Positions 50,328 through 59,839 of a DNA stretch of 64,000 nt are shown here, one piece after another. Under the pieces are notes generated by a model. It saw only the letters and a program-made list of their open reading frames with translations, made no database searches and had not been told where the DNA came from. The stretch is from NCBI GenBank assembly GCA_034933205.1, contig JAYFNY010000001.1, positions 79,920 through 143,919 on the forward strand. Direction: 5' to 3'. A program made the position numbers and the translations under genes. This DNA comes from Eubacteriales bacterium. Its GTDB lineage: Bacteria; Bacillota; Clostridia; Christensenellales; CAG-138. Positions within the stretch are counted from its first letter, which is position 1. Every line of letters begins with the position of its first letter.

Positions 50328-51830
50328 ATGCAGAAATGGAAGCAATTCATCAAGCGCTTTCTGGTTTGGATCGGCGCGGCGCTTTTTTTATCCGGCGCGC
50401 TGGCCTGCGGCCAAACGAAGAGCGACGCCTACGGTATGCCGACGGACGTGGAACGGCTCTTTACCACGGCTTCGCAGCTTGAGGCTGCCGCTCCCGCCGC
50501 GAACGATTCCGCTTTGCCGGACGGAAATTATACCTGGAGCACGGCGAGCGACGACGGGCATTTGCTCGTTACCGCAGACGCGCCGGTAACCGCGCCGGGA
50601 TCGACCATGACCATGACGCATGTTTCCGGCGAAGGATTTACCCAGGCGCAGGTTACGGGGATCTTCCGATATCTGTTTACAGGGCGGACGGTTACGGAAC
50701 TGGCCGGACAAAACTCGCAGACCAAGGCCGAAATTCAGGCGCAGCTCGACCGGATGAACCGGGACCTGGAGGACGGAACGTATGAAAATTATGGTTTCAG
50801 CAGGGAAGAATACGAAGAAGCGATAGCGCAATGCGAGCAGGCTTACCGGAACGCGCCGCAGACGGCGGGCGGCGAAGAGACCGAAACGGACGGCACGATG
50901 CGATTCGTGCAGGACGGCGAACAGGACGGATACCGGGAGCTCTCGGTCCGGACGGACTCGATGGATGCGCTCGTCGTGCGTTCCTATCCTTCCGGCAGCC
51001 GTGCACAGCTTCCAAGCAGCTGCCGTTACGACCGGTACGATTCGCCCGAGTACAGCATGCTGGACGCCGTTTCGCTCCAGCCGGGCGACGCGCTGCCGAG
51101 CGGCGCGCAGGCAAAGCTGACGCGTACCTACGACGAGGCAAAGGCGATGGGCGACGAGCTTTTCGCGTCCGCGGGCGTGGACGTTTCCCTGCTTGCGGCG
51201 TACGTCGTCGGCGACCGCCAGACGGGCAGTACGGACGGAATCGTTCGGGAGGCGGAACATTACGCCTACGAATTTCTGTATACGAGGAGCGTTCGCGGCG
51301 TTCCTGTTGCGACGGACGTCTGGTCGGACGACGATGGAACGAGCGGATTTCCCTTCCGGTATGAGCAGATCAGTGTAACCGTGGATGACGAAGGGATCGC
51401 GCGGTTTCTCTGGAACGAGCCGATCACGCTGCAGGACGATGCGACTAACTGCACGTCCCTGCTGACGTTTCCCCAGGCGCAGGAGATCTTCGAGAAAATG
51501 GTTCCCATCGTGTATGGTTCGCTGACAACGTCGGTCAACCCGAAGCTCGATTACGTAAAGATCGGGATCGGCATCAACCGGGTTCAGCTCTGTCTGCTGC
51601 GCGTGAAGGAACCGACCGCCGAGCAGAAAAGCGGCTTATTGGTTCCGGCGTGGGTTTTCTACGGGGACGTCGTCGAACAGGCGTTCTGGAAGGACGGTTC
51701 CCGCGACGCTCCGCTCTACCGGCAGGGAATGAACGGAAGCAGCGGTTGCGCGTATTCTTTGGGCCCCGCCATCGTGTTTGCCGTAAATGCGCTGGACGGC
51801 AGCGTCATCGACACAAGCAAGGGATATTAA
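50328..51830 (+). CDS. Uncharacterised lipoprotein, family member B3
   Basis: ATG 50328 lies 8 nt after GAGGGGAGG. MQKWKQFIKRFLVWIGAALFLSGALAC. C-terminus ...GLLVPAWVFYGDV...VFAVNALDGSVIDTSKGY. Confidence 0.85.
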   Translation: MQKWKQFIKRFLVWIGAALFLSGALACGQTKSDAYGMPTDVERLFTTASQLEAAAPAANDSALPDGNYTWSTASDDGHLLVTADAPVTAPGSTMTMTHVSGEGFTQAQVTGIFRYLFTGRTVTELAGQNSQTKAEIQAQLDRMNRDLEDGTYENYGFSREEYEEAIAQCEQAYRNAPQTAGGEETETDGTMRFVQDGEQDGYRELSVRTDSMDALVVRSYPSGSRAQLPSSCRYDRYDSPEYSMLDAVSLQPGDALPSGAQAKLTRTYDEAKAMGDELFASAGVDVSLLAAYVVGDRQTGSTDGIVREAEHYAYEFLYTRSVRGVPVATDVWSDDDGTSGFPFRYEQISVTVDDEGIARFLWNEPITLQDDATNCTSLLTFPQAQEIFEKMVPIVYGSLTTSVNPKLDYVKIGIGINRVQLCLLRVKEPTAEQKSGLLVPAWVFYGDVVEQAFWKDGSRDAPLYRQGMNGSSGCAYSLGPAIVFAVNALDGSVIDTSKGY

Positions 51831-51900
51831 GGTACCCGCGGCGAACCGGGGTGGACGCCGCGTTTCACGGCGCGAAACAGAAAAGCAAACAAAAATAAAG

Positions 51901-51950
51901 CAGCGCTTCACCGATGCGAATTGAATCGTCCGGTGAAGCGCTGTTTCCTG
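51901..51950 (+). terminator. Probable terminator of the module-B operon
   Basis: 13-bp stem CAGCGCTTCACCG / CGGTGAAGCGCTG with a 17-nt loop, followed by TTTCCTGTT (weak U tract). Confidence 0.5.
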
Positions 51951-52086
51951 TTATGCGGTGGACAAAGGAGCCTTTCGGCGGGAGATTCTTCGCGAGCGGG
52001 CGAACATGGTTTCGCTGCCTTTGCGCGGCGTCACAGGGCGGTTTTCAAGGTTTCCTCCCGCGTTGCTTTTGCCTTCGTCTGTCCCG

Positions 52087-52911
52087 TCAGCGCGCCGCGG
52101 CAACGCGCTTGGCGGAAGCGGATCTCTTCCACACGAAACACGCGAAAACGACGATACAGGCGGTAATCACGTAGGTTGCGCCCAGCGCGATCCAGATACT
52201 GGAAGCGTAGCTCGCCGTTATGACCGCCGCCGCGTCGACGAGCGCGTGCAGCAGAATGGCGAGAGGGAAGTACCAAAGCTTCTTTCCGCGTTCCTTGACG
52301 GCAAACCAAACCAGAACCGAAAGGGAGATATGGAGCGCCACGGCCGAAATCCGTTCCACGATACTGACCAGATACATGGTGGACGGGATGGACGAAAGGG
52401 TTGTCAGAGTGGCGCGGATCGTTTGCAGCGTAGCCGGATCGGTAACGCCGGCGGTCAGCGCGTCGCCCCTTCCGCTGTTCAGCATAAAAGCGAAATAGAG
52501 ATTCGTGACCATGCTGGTAACGAGCAGATAGAACACTTCGACTCCGCCGTGCCCGGCGCCGTACATCAGAGCGTTGCTGTCGTTGCCCAGTTTCTTTTTC
52601 AATATGGTTTGAAAAGCGACAAAACGGCCGGTTTCCTCAAAAAGGCCCGCCATCAGTCCGAAGAAGGCGCTGTAGAGCCAAACGCTGCTCTGCAGTACCG
52701 TTCCCGCGTCCGACAAAAGAATGTAGCGGTTGATCGTATGTTCGATCAACGACGCGAACAGGAGGAAGACCGCGCAGCCGACGAAGAACGGCAGAATGTC
52801 GGCCCGATACTTCTTTCGGAATACGAGAAAGAGCGCGGCTGGTATCGCGATCCCCGCAAGGGCGCTGATTGCGATGCAAACGATGGAAAATGTTGGGACG
52901 GTGGGATTCAT
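52087..52911 (-). CDS. YhfC/CPBP-like intramembrane metalloprotease family protein
   Basis: 274 aa, polytopic. GLFEETGRFVAF (EExxR motif), YGAGHGGVE, and a later conserved His (AVALHISLS) resemble the glutamic-type intramembrane protease family. Confidence 0.6.
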   Translation of the reverse strand: MNPTVPTFSIVCIAISALAGIAIPAALFLVFRKKYRADILPFFVGCAVFLLFASLIEHTINRYILLSDAGTVLQSSVWLYSAFFGLMAGLFEETGRFVAFQTILKKKLGNDSNALMYGAGHGGVEVFYLLVTSMVTNLYFAFMLNSGRGDALTAGVTDPATLQTIRATLTTLSSIPSTMYLVSIVERISAVALHISLSVLVWFAVKERGKKLWYFPLAILLHALVDAAAVITASYASSIWIALGATYVITACIVVFACFVWKRSASAKRVAAAR

Positions 52912-52979
52912 ATGGGTTTTCTCCTTTTATTATCATGAAATGGGGTCATGCGTGGAATGGGGTCATGCGTGGAATGGGG

Positions 52980-53843
52980 TTACGCAGGGTATGGATCTGC
53001 GCTTATCAAGCCGGTTCCGTTGAAATACACCAGATCGCCTTCGTCATAATGCCATATGGCTTTGAAAACGGTCGGCCGTTTCACGCCGTTTGTCTTCGCG
53101 TATTGTTCAAAGGCAACGGACCAGCCGACTTGCCGGCTCGTGCCGTCGGATGCGACGGCAGATCGGTCGCCGGTTTCAAACGACAGCAGCTCGCCGTTCG
53201 CGTCGAAGGTGAACACGCCGCTTACGGTTCGGCCGCAATCGGTCATCGTTGCTTTCGCGTGCAGATCGTCGACGGTTTCCCACTCGACGTATTCCTGCAA
53301 AGCGGCGGATGGAAAGAGCAGGATCTCCGAGAGGAACGTTGCCTGCCCCGACTGGTCCATGACGTTCCCCGTCTGGCAAAACAGCGTGAAAATCCGTGCG
53401 ATTACGCCTTCCATGCGGCCGGTTCCGTCCAGATATGTATCGATCCCTTCAAAGGGAATGCCGAACATCGAGCTGTCGATGTAGGCGATCCGACCCGGCC
53501 GATCGACAAAGTCGTATTGCGTATAGTCGATTTTGATCGGCTTTTTCCCGCGAAACACGAAGTCGACATTCCGGTAGTCGATTCGGATACAGGACATCTT
53601 CGGTGTGCCGAGATAGCCGCAATACCGGAGGTACCGCTGAACCGGCGCGGGCAGCCCGGCAATGTCGTTTTCCGTAAACACGGCGTCCGACGGATCGGCT
53701 TGCGCGAGGGAATCCGCTGCGACTGCGGAAAACTCCCGTTCGGTCCTGGACCCGGGAATGCTGAAAAGGGCCAGGGCGGCGCCTGCCGCAAAGAGGAGAA
53801 CCCCGATGAGAATGAGCATGGTCTTTCCGATTTTCCTTTTCAT
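52980..53843 (-). CDS. Hypothetical N-terminally anchored protein
   Basis: 287 aa. MKRKIGKTMLILIGVLLFAAGAALALF anchor. No motif recognised. Coding-like composition and operon context. Confidence 0.6.
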   Translation of the reverse strand: MKRKIGKTMLILIGVLLFAAGAALALFSIPGSRTEREFSAVAADSLAQADPSDAVFTENDIAGLPAPVQRYLRYCGYLGTPKMSCIRIDYRNVDFVFRGKKPIKIDYTQYDFVDRPGRIAYIDSSMFGIPFEGIDTYLDGTGRMEGVIARIFTLFCQTGNVMDQSGQATFLSEILLFPSAALQEYVEWETVDDLHAKATMTDCGRTVSGVFTFDANGELLSFETGDRSAVASDGTSRQVGWSVAFEQYAKTNGVKRPTVFKAIWHYDEGDLVYFNGTGLISADPYPA

Positions 53844-53889
53844 GTCCGTCGCCCTCCGGTGGCGATGTTCTGCGAGGATGCCGGCGGCG

Positions 53890-55068
53890 CTAGCCGATAT
53901 CGCTCAGGTCGTTTTTTCCCGAGAGCACATCCTCCAGCAGGATGCGCAGCGCTTTTTCCGGTTCCTCGAAAACGGGACTGTGCGCGGATTGCCGGAACAG
54001 GTAGAACCCTTTGACGGGGGCGATCAGCCGCCGGAAATAGGACTCCGCCAGTTCGCGGGATACGGTGTAGTCAAAGGCGCCGCTGAAGAAGTAGACCGGC
54101 AGGCTTAATTCGGGGACGGTTTCCATCAGATCCGCGTCCTCCATCCTTCGCCGGAGATCCGTTTTGCCGCCCGACGCCGCTTTGCCGCGCCAAACGCCGA
54201 TTTTTTCCGGCAATCGATACGAGCGGCTGAACATCACCGGCAGAAAAATGCCGGTGAAAACGGATTTCATGGCGTGCGTCGTTCCAACGCCGAGATCGTG
54301 CATCGCCCGATCCCGAAGGAGCGGGTCGGCCCGGTAAGTCGTGTAGTCTCTCATCTTTTTCAGCATGGCCCGGTCTTTGCGCGCTTCGTATTGCTCCGTC
54401 AGATACCGGTATGCCATCCGTTCGGATTCGTCTTGCCGCGCGACCTGCGCCATGCCGATATAGGCGTGAAAGAGTTCGGGAGCGCGCGCGGCGGCCTGGA
54501 TGCCGAGGAAGGTGCCCCAGGAATGCGCCATCAGATAGATTTTTTTCTGCTGGAAACGCAGACACAGGTAGTTGGCTGCGGTGATCACGTCGGCAACCAT
54601 CTGTTCCACGGTCAGGCCCTCGTATTCTTCGCCGGAAAGGCGGGAAAGACCGCTTCCGCGCTGTTCCCAGTAACAAACGGTGAATCGCTGCTCGAGTTGG
54701 GCCATGCACTTTTCCGCGAGAAAGAATTCCGGCATTCCCGGTCCGCCGTGTACGAACAGGATCACCGGATTCGATTTGTCGATTCCGCGAAGAAACATTC
54801 CCTGGCGCGCGCCGTTGATCTTTACCAGAAACTTTTCACAGATGCTCCCTGCGATTCGCTTTCCTTTTGCATCGCGAAATGGCTTCGGCCTGCCGGGGCT
54901 GAAGAAGAATACGATAGCGATCGGGACCAACAGCACTACGGCCAATCCCGTAAAAACAACGCTTATCAACGCGGTCGCCGCCTTTCCTTTGTTTTGGTGG
55001 GAAGGGGAGGGCGACCGCCGCTGCGCGCGATGCCCGCTATCCCCTCGTATTACGAATGAGGTCCTCAA
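53890..55068 (-). CDS. Alpha/beta hydrolase (proline iminopeptidase-like), N-terminal TM anchor
   Basis: ILFVHGGPGMPEF (HGGPG oxyanion motif) and the nucleophile elbow LMAHSWGT. The ATG at 55068 overlaps the TetR gene end by 32 nt, so the true start is uncertain. Confidence 0.75.
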   Translation of the reverse strand: MRTSFVIRGDSGHRAQRRSPSPSHQNKGKAATALISVVFTGLAVVLLVPIAIVFFFSPGRPKPFRDAKGKRIAGSICEKFLVKINGARQGMFLRGIDKSNPVILFVHGGPGMPEFFLAEKCMAQLEQRFTVCYWEQRGSGLSRLSGEEYEGLTVEQMVADVITAANYLCLRFQQKKIYLMAHSWGTFLGIQAAARAPELFHAYIGMAQVARQDESERMAYRYLTEQYEARKDRAMLKKMRDYTTYRADPLLRDRAMHDLGVGTTHAMKSVFTGIFLPVMFSRSYRLPEKIGVWRGKAASGGKTDLRRRMEDADLMETVPELSLPVYFFSGAFDYTVSRELAESYFRRLIAPVKGFYLFRQSAHSPVFEEPEKALRILLEDVLSGKNDLSDIG

Positions 55069-55624
55069 TTTTCAGTTCCCAATCCTGATCGTAGCGAACG
55101 TGTTTCATCGTTACGATGGAGGAAAGGCCGTGCACCAGCGCCCACATGGAGAGAATTGCGTCCTGCATGCCGCTTTCCGGGTATCCCATTTTTGTAAGCG
55201 CACGCCGCGCGATATCGCTAAAAAGGCGATACGGGGGGAAGTCTTCTTTCCCGGTTCCGTTCAGGGACAGATCGATCGTCATGCACGGCTGGGAGAAGAG
55301 GAACGGGAAATACTGCGGGTGATGCAGAAAAAACAGCACATAGGATTTTCCGATCTGGACAAGCTGCTCCGCATCGCCCAGACGCGCGGTTGTCCGAACG
55401 GTTTCTTCCAGCGTTTCCATGAACTGCGTCGTTACGTAGGACTGCATTTCCCGGAGCAGATCGTCCTTGTTCTGAAAGTGGCTGTAGGGCGCGGCGTGGC
55501 TTACTCCGCAGAGCGCTGCTACTTTGCGAAGCGAAAAGCTTTCCTCGCCTTCCTGATTGATCAGGCGGATACCGGCTTCCAGCAATTCGTTTTTCAGATT
55601 GCCATGGTGATAGGGCTTTTCCAT
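55037..55624 (-). CDS. TetR/AcrR-family transcriptional regulator
   Basis: Start MEKPYHHGNLKNELLEAGIRLINQEGEESFSLRKVAALCGVSHAAPYSHF is a canonical TetR N-terminal HTH. AAAGGGG RBS. Confidence 0.9.
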   Translation of the reverse strand: MEKPYHHGNLKNELLEAGIRLINQEGEESFSLRKVAALCGVSHAAPYSHFQNKDDLLREMQSYVTTQFMETLEETVRTTARLGDAEQLVQIGKSYVLFFLHHPQYFPFLFSQPCMTIDLSLNGTGKEDFPPYRLFSDIARRALTKMGYPESGMQDAILSMWALVHGLSSIVTMKHVRYDQDWELKIEDLIRNTRG

Positions 55625-55641
55625 TTGCTGTACCCCTTTCA

Positions 55642-55690
55642 ATCTTGACACTGGAAAGATTATATTGCGCAATCTAGACAGTGTCAAGAT
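55642..55690 (-). promoter_or_regulatory. Consensus sigma-A promoter embedded in a 12-bp inverted repeat (probable TetR operator)
   Basis: Minus strand reads TTGACA (55682-55687) - 17 nt - TATAAT (55659-55664). A perfect inverted repeat ATCTTGACACTG (55642-55653) / CAGTGTCAAGAT (55679-55690) covers the -35 and the start region. Confidence 0.75.
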
Positions 55691-55697
55691 ACTTGAG

Positions 55698-55734
55698 AAA
55701 ATATATTAAAACGGAGCGTTGTTCAAACGCTCCG
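55698..55734 (-). terminator. Rho-independent terminator of the lipoprotein/ABC operon
   Basis: Minus strand reads CGGAGCG-tttgaacaa-CGCTCCG followed by TTTTAATATATTTT. Confidence 0.65.
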
Positions 55735-55792
55735 CCGGGTTCGTTAAAAAACTCGTTTCCAGATGGGATAACCGCTCTTTGCCTTTCTTTTG

Positions 55793-56452
55793 TTATGAAT
55801 CCCTTTCCGGCGCAATCATCGTCATCACGCCCGCGTCCATCTCGCACACCGTGTCGCAGAGCACCTCGATATCCTGAATGTTGTGGCTCGCGAGCAGAAT
55901 CGTGCGCCCGTCCTTTGCCAACGATTGGAAGAGAGACCGCATCTGCGCAACGCCGTGTTTATCGAGCCCGTTCATCGGCTCGTCGAGGATCATCAGGTTC
56001 GGCTCCTCCATAATCGCCTGCGCAATGCCGAGACGCTGCCGCATACCGAGGGAGTATTTCCCGACGGGCTTCGTCGCCAGAGGGTCGAGTCCTACGCGCC
56101 GGATCGCGGCGGCCACCTGCTTTCGGCTGATTTTACGTTTCAGCCCGGCGAGGATTTCCAGATTCTTCAACCCGGAAAACTGCGGTAAGAACCCCGGCGA
56201 CTCGATGATGATGCCGATGTCCTCCGGAAAGTCGACGTCTTTTCCGATCTGTTTGCCGTTCACGATCACGCGGCCCTGCGTTGGCTGCAGAAACCCGCAG
56301 ATGCATTTGAATAGGGCCGTTTTGCCGGAGCCGTTGTTGCCGACGATACCGTGGATCTTTCCGCGTGCAAAATCGCGGGTAACCCCCTTCAGCACCGTGT
56401 CCTGCCCGAAGGTTTTCGTGAGATTTTCGACTTGTATGATGGGATCGTTCAT
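55793..56452 (-). CDS. ABC transporter ATP-binding protein (ABC-2/bacitracin-lantibiotic-immunity-like ATPase)
   Basis: 219 aa. Walker A GNNGSGKT, signature YSLGMRQRL, Walker B LMILDEP. Start overlaps the permease stop (ATGA). Confidence 0.9.
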   Translation of the reverse strand: MNDPIIQVENLTKTFGQDTVLKGVTRDFARGKIHGIVGNNGSGKTALFKCICGFLQPTQGRVIVNGKQIGKDVDFPEDIGIIIESPGFLPQFSGLKNLEILAGLKRKISRKQVAAAIRRVGLDPLATKPVGKYSLGMRQRLGIAQAIMEEPNLMILDEPMNGLDKHGVAQMRSLFQSLAKDGRTILLASHNIQDIEVLCDTVCEMDAGVMTMIAPERDS

Positions 56453-58239
56453 TGTTCTCCTCCCAGGAAGTGGAAATTGTATCTGCGCAGCGCGCGCAGA
56501 GCCAGCACAAACAGCAGCACAATCGCAATTCCGAAGATCGCGTATGTTTGCCAGAGCCGCGGCAGCAGGTCATAGCCGAAGTTATGCATGTGGTAGGTTG
56601 CCTGATTCAGCGGCGAAAGCCACCCGACCGCGACGTTCGCCTTATAGAGCAGCTCGTCCGGCAGCTCGAAAATCTGTCTGAACAACTGTGGGTTGAGCAG
56701 GAAACCGAACAGGCTGAACGCGAACGCCGCCGCGATGCCGGCGGATTTGCCGCGCCGGATATTGACGTAAAGCATGAGAAACACCAACACGAGCGTGTAA
56801 AGCAGCATGAGCAGCAGGATTGTCGAGGCGCATTGATACGGGCGGCTCAGCTCGAGCGTTTTGACCAGCGCCGGCAGCGCGACCGCCTTGCCCGCGCCGG
56901 AATAGCCGAGGATCGCAGCCGTTTCCGACCACATGTTGCCGATGAAGCTGTTTGCCATGCAGAGGATCGAGGTCGCGGCGAAGAGGAAAAGGATGTACAA
57001 TGCCGTAGCGAGAGCCACGTAGGCCGCCTGACCAACGAGCCACGTGCGCCGCTTCATGCGGATGAGGTAATACGGCACGCCCGCGCCGAGAAACGGCATG
57101 TCGGCGAACAGCAGAATGAGCAATAGTGAGATCAGCAGAACGGAGTTCGCGTCGCCAAATGTCCAGACGAACGGCTCGAATGCCTGCAGAATCGTGCCCA
57201 TGTCGTAGGCAAACGACGCGGCCTTGTCCGAGAGAAGAAAGCACAAGATGAATGCCAGCGCAAACGTCAGCAGCACGCGCGCGTTGCCGCGCCACATACG
57301 AAAGTTATAGGCTATCACGGAGCGCACCTGCCGGAGCTCGTTCAACAGGGGGACGTTCTTTGCCGCGCGAAATAGCTTCTCCAGCGAAACGCTTTTCTGC
57401 CGGAACAGCGGCCGGGTTGATTTTCGGCCGTTGTCGTCCCGCAGATGTTTCCGCGCGATGAAGTAGAAACCCAGCATCGCGCCAACGAGCAGCAACGCCA
57501 TGGCGATGCCCGCGCTCCACCCGCCAAACGGCCATGCGCCGTTCAGCGTAAGATAATTCTGTGGATTGAGCAGAAAGAAGTTTCGTGCATACCGCTCCTG
57601 CAGGATGATCAGTACATAGTAGAGGATGAACGGCGCGGCGTACGCCATGTAAGCGTTCATGGTCACGGTGGAGAGCAGCATACCGAGCATCGCCCAAAGC
57701 GCGCCCGCTAAGCCGAAGAGCAACAGCTTGCCGGCCAGCTCGCCCAGCTGCGATTGCGCCGCCGTTTCGCCGATCCTTTCCGTTGGCACAACGAGGAACG
57801 AAACGAGGACATACCCGGCGAGGATGCCGAGCGTGAGCGTCAGAAAGCCGGAGATCGCGCAGGCCAACTCCTTGCCGAGAATATAGCGCGATACGGTCGT
57901 CCTCGGCAGAATCTGCTTGAGGTAGCCGCTCTTTCCATCTTCCACAAACGCGCCGGAAAAGGGAATCGTCGCCAAAATCGGCGCGGCGAAGAGAATCGCG
58001 CTGCCAGAGAGCGCTTTGAGCGTGATGGCCTGATGCGCAAGCTGCGCCGAGGCCGGATTTTCCAGCATATAGATCGCCAGCACATCGGAGAACGCGCCGA
58101 ACAGCACGCAAAGCATCGTGCCAAGAACGCTGAACACGAATGCTTTGGATAACGCTCGGCTGAGGTCGGAGTGGAGTTCGTGCAAGGGAATATTCTCCTT
58201 ATTTGCAGAGTTTTTTCGCACAGATGCAAAATAGCCCAA
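56449..58239 (-). CDS. Large polytopic ABC-transporter permease (596 aa)
   Basis: More than 10 hydrophobic helices along its whole length, coupled to the ATPase gene. No family-specific motif recognised. Confidence 0.8.
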   Translation of the reverse strand: MGYFASVRKNSANKENIPLHELHSDLSRALSKAFVFSVLGTMLCVLFGAFSDVLAIYMLENPASAQLAHQAITLKALSGSAILFAAPILATIPFSGAFVEDGKSGYLKQILPRTTVSRYILGKELACAISGFLTLTLGILAGYVLVSFLVVPTERIGETAAQSQLGELAGKLLLFGLAGALWAMLGMLLSTVTMNAYMAYAAPFILYYVLIILQERYARNFFLLNPQNYLTLNGAWPFGGWSAGIAMALLLVGAMLGFYFIARKHLRDDNGRKSTRPLFRQKSVSLEKLFRAAKNVPLLNELRQVRSVIAYNFRMWRGNARVLLTFALAFILCFLLSDKAASFAYDMGTILQAFEPFVWTFGDANSVLLISLLLILLFADMPFLGAGVPYYLIRMKRRTWLVGQAAYVALATALYILFLFAATSILCMANSFIGNMWSETAAILGYSGAGKAVALPALVKTLELSRPYQCASTILLLMLLYTLVLVFLMLYVNIRRGKSAGIAAAFAFSLFGFLLNPQLFRQIFELPDELLYKANVAVGWLSPLNQATYHMHNFGYDLLPRLWQTYAIFGIAIVLLFVLALRALRRYNFHFLGGEQ

Positions 58240-58257
58240 ATACCAGCGAACGGGTGA

Positions 58258-59688
58258 TTAATATCCCGCTTCGGGATGGATGATCGTTCCGTCGATTGCA
58301 TTGATGACAAGAATTGGGTTCGCTTCCACTTTCGTATCGCAGGTTTGGACAGAACCGTCGGAATAGCGCGACTCCTCGGTGCCAAAAAAGCACCAGACCG
58401 GGACCAGAAGACCGGAATCCGCCGAGCCTTGTTCCAGTATCCGCTGCATCCCCAAATATACGTCCGTGATTTCGATGGTCTGGTTCCGGATGTCCGGGCT
58501 GTCGTAAGCCGACTGCTTTTCATACCGAATTGCGCGGTTAAATATATCGACGACGTCCTCATACGGCAGCAGGGACGCTTTTTTCACCAAGGTTTTTTGC
58601 ACTTCATAGGGGGATACCCAATCGATTCGATAAATTCCATTCTTATCCATTGTTATGTTCAACTGTTCGTATGCCCATGAACCGGTGTAATCATCGTTTG
58701 AAACGAGTGAAAGCACCGAAAAAAGAACAGTCCCTGTACCACGTACATCCCTGGAACACCTTACTCGATATGAGTATTCCGAAGGTGTATCAGGGTAAGA
58801 ACCATCGCCTTCTCTTATGCTGTCCGCAACAAGCAGTACGTCAAAAACACTGTAAGGAAGCGAAAGCTGATCCAGTAAAGATTCCGCTCTGGTTTGTGCT
58901 TCTTGAGGCGTGTAACTCAACTGATTTACAGCCATTGCATCTATCGAGTTCATGCCTGTCACATCTTTCAGAATGTTCTCCCCCCTGTCGGGAGCCTTTA
59001 TCCTGCGATTATCGCAATACATGAATTCCGCGCCTTTAACCGATGATGACGACCAATTATTTCGGACATATAGACATCGACCATTGTTCAATATAGGGCT
59101 GCTTTCACCGACATCGATCCCGCTATAGCGGTATTCAGCGCCTCCCGCCTGAACTTTCATCTCACGCAACACAGCTTTTACCGGTTCCGGGTCGGTTGTT
59201 TCCGGCGCTGAATCATATTTGTTTTCAAGATGGAATAACGATTCATCATATTCCTCGCGCATCCCCATCTGCTCGTATTGAGCCTCCTGCTGTTTCAGGG
59301 AAACGATCTCCTGCGCCACTTCGGCTTTGGACAGAACATAGTTTTGCTGGTCATATAACGTCGCGTCAGAAAGGAACGCATTTGCGATTTTGTCCACCAT
59401 TTCCTGTGAAAAATCAATCGGTATCACTCTGCAGATTGGGAATGAAGTTCCTAATACATGGATACGCGCGTTTGCATGGACATGAACGCTTTTGTCCTCA
59501 TTGCAAAAGTCGCAGGTAAACCGCGCGGGGAGTCTCCCAACATCCAGCCTGGACGAACCGGCGGCGATTTTTAACAGACTATCAAGGTTTTTTGGTATAA
59601 CGGCATTCTCCTCGGGCGTTTTTTGACATCCGCCAAGGCTGCAAAAAACCAGGAGAGCAACTGTCAGAGAAATCGCTTTTCTACCCAC
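58258..59688 (-). CDS. Uncharacterised lipoprotein, family member C1
   Basis: GTG start (VGRKAISLTVALLVFCSLGGC, lipobox LGGC) 5 nt after GGAGGAAA; the track ORF extends to 59814. C-terminus ...GLLVPVWCFFGTE...ILVINAIDGTIIHPEAGY. Confidence 0.8.
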   Translation of the reverse strand: MGRKAISLTVALLVFCSLGGCQKTPEENAVIPKNLDSLLKIAAGSSRLDVGRLPARFTCDFCNEDKSVHVHANARIHVLGTSFPICRVIPIDFSQEMVDKIANAFLSDATLYDQQNYVLSKAEVAQEIVSLKQQEAQYEQMGMREEYDESLFHLENKYDSAPETTDPEPVKAVLREMKVQAGGAEYRYSGIDVGESSPILNNGRCLYVRNNWSSSSVKGAEFMYCDNRRIKAPDRGENILKDVTGMNSIDAMAVNQLSYTPQEAQTRAESLLDQLSLPYSVFDVLLVADSIREGDGSYPDTPSEYSYRVRCSRDVRGTGTVLFSVLSLVSNDDYTGSWAYEQLNITMDKNGIYRIDWVSPYEVQKTLVKKASLLPYEDVVDIFNRAIRYEKQSAYDSPDIRNQTIEITDVYLGMQRILEQGSADSGLLVPVWCFFGTEESRYSDGSVQTCDTKVEANPILVINAIDGTIIHPEAGY

Positions 59689-59839
59689 TGTTTCCTCCGA
59701 TTGATATTGATTTGCGCACAACGGGTTCCATTGTTCCTTGCTGGAAGGCGCTTTGCGGCCTTTGCGGCGGGACTTGCGGAGCCGGAATTCACGCGCCGTG
59801 CAGTTTCCCCGCACGAATGCCGGAAAATTCGCCCAAAGC

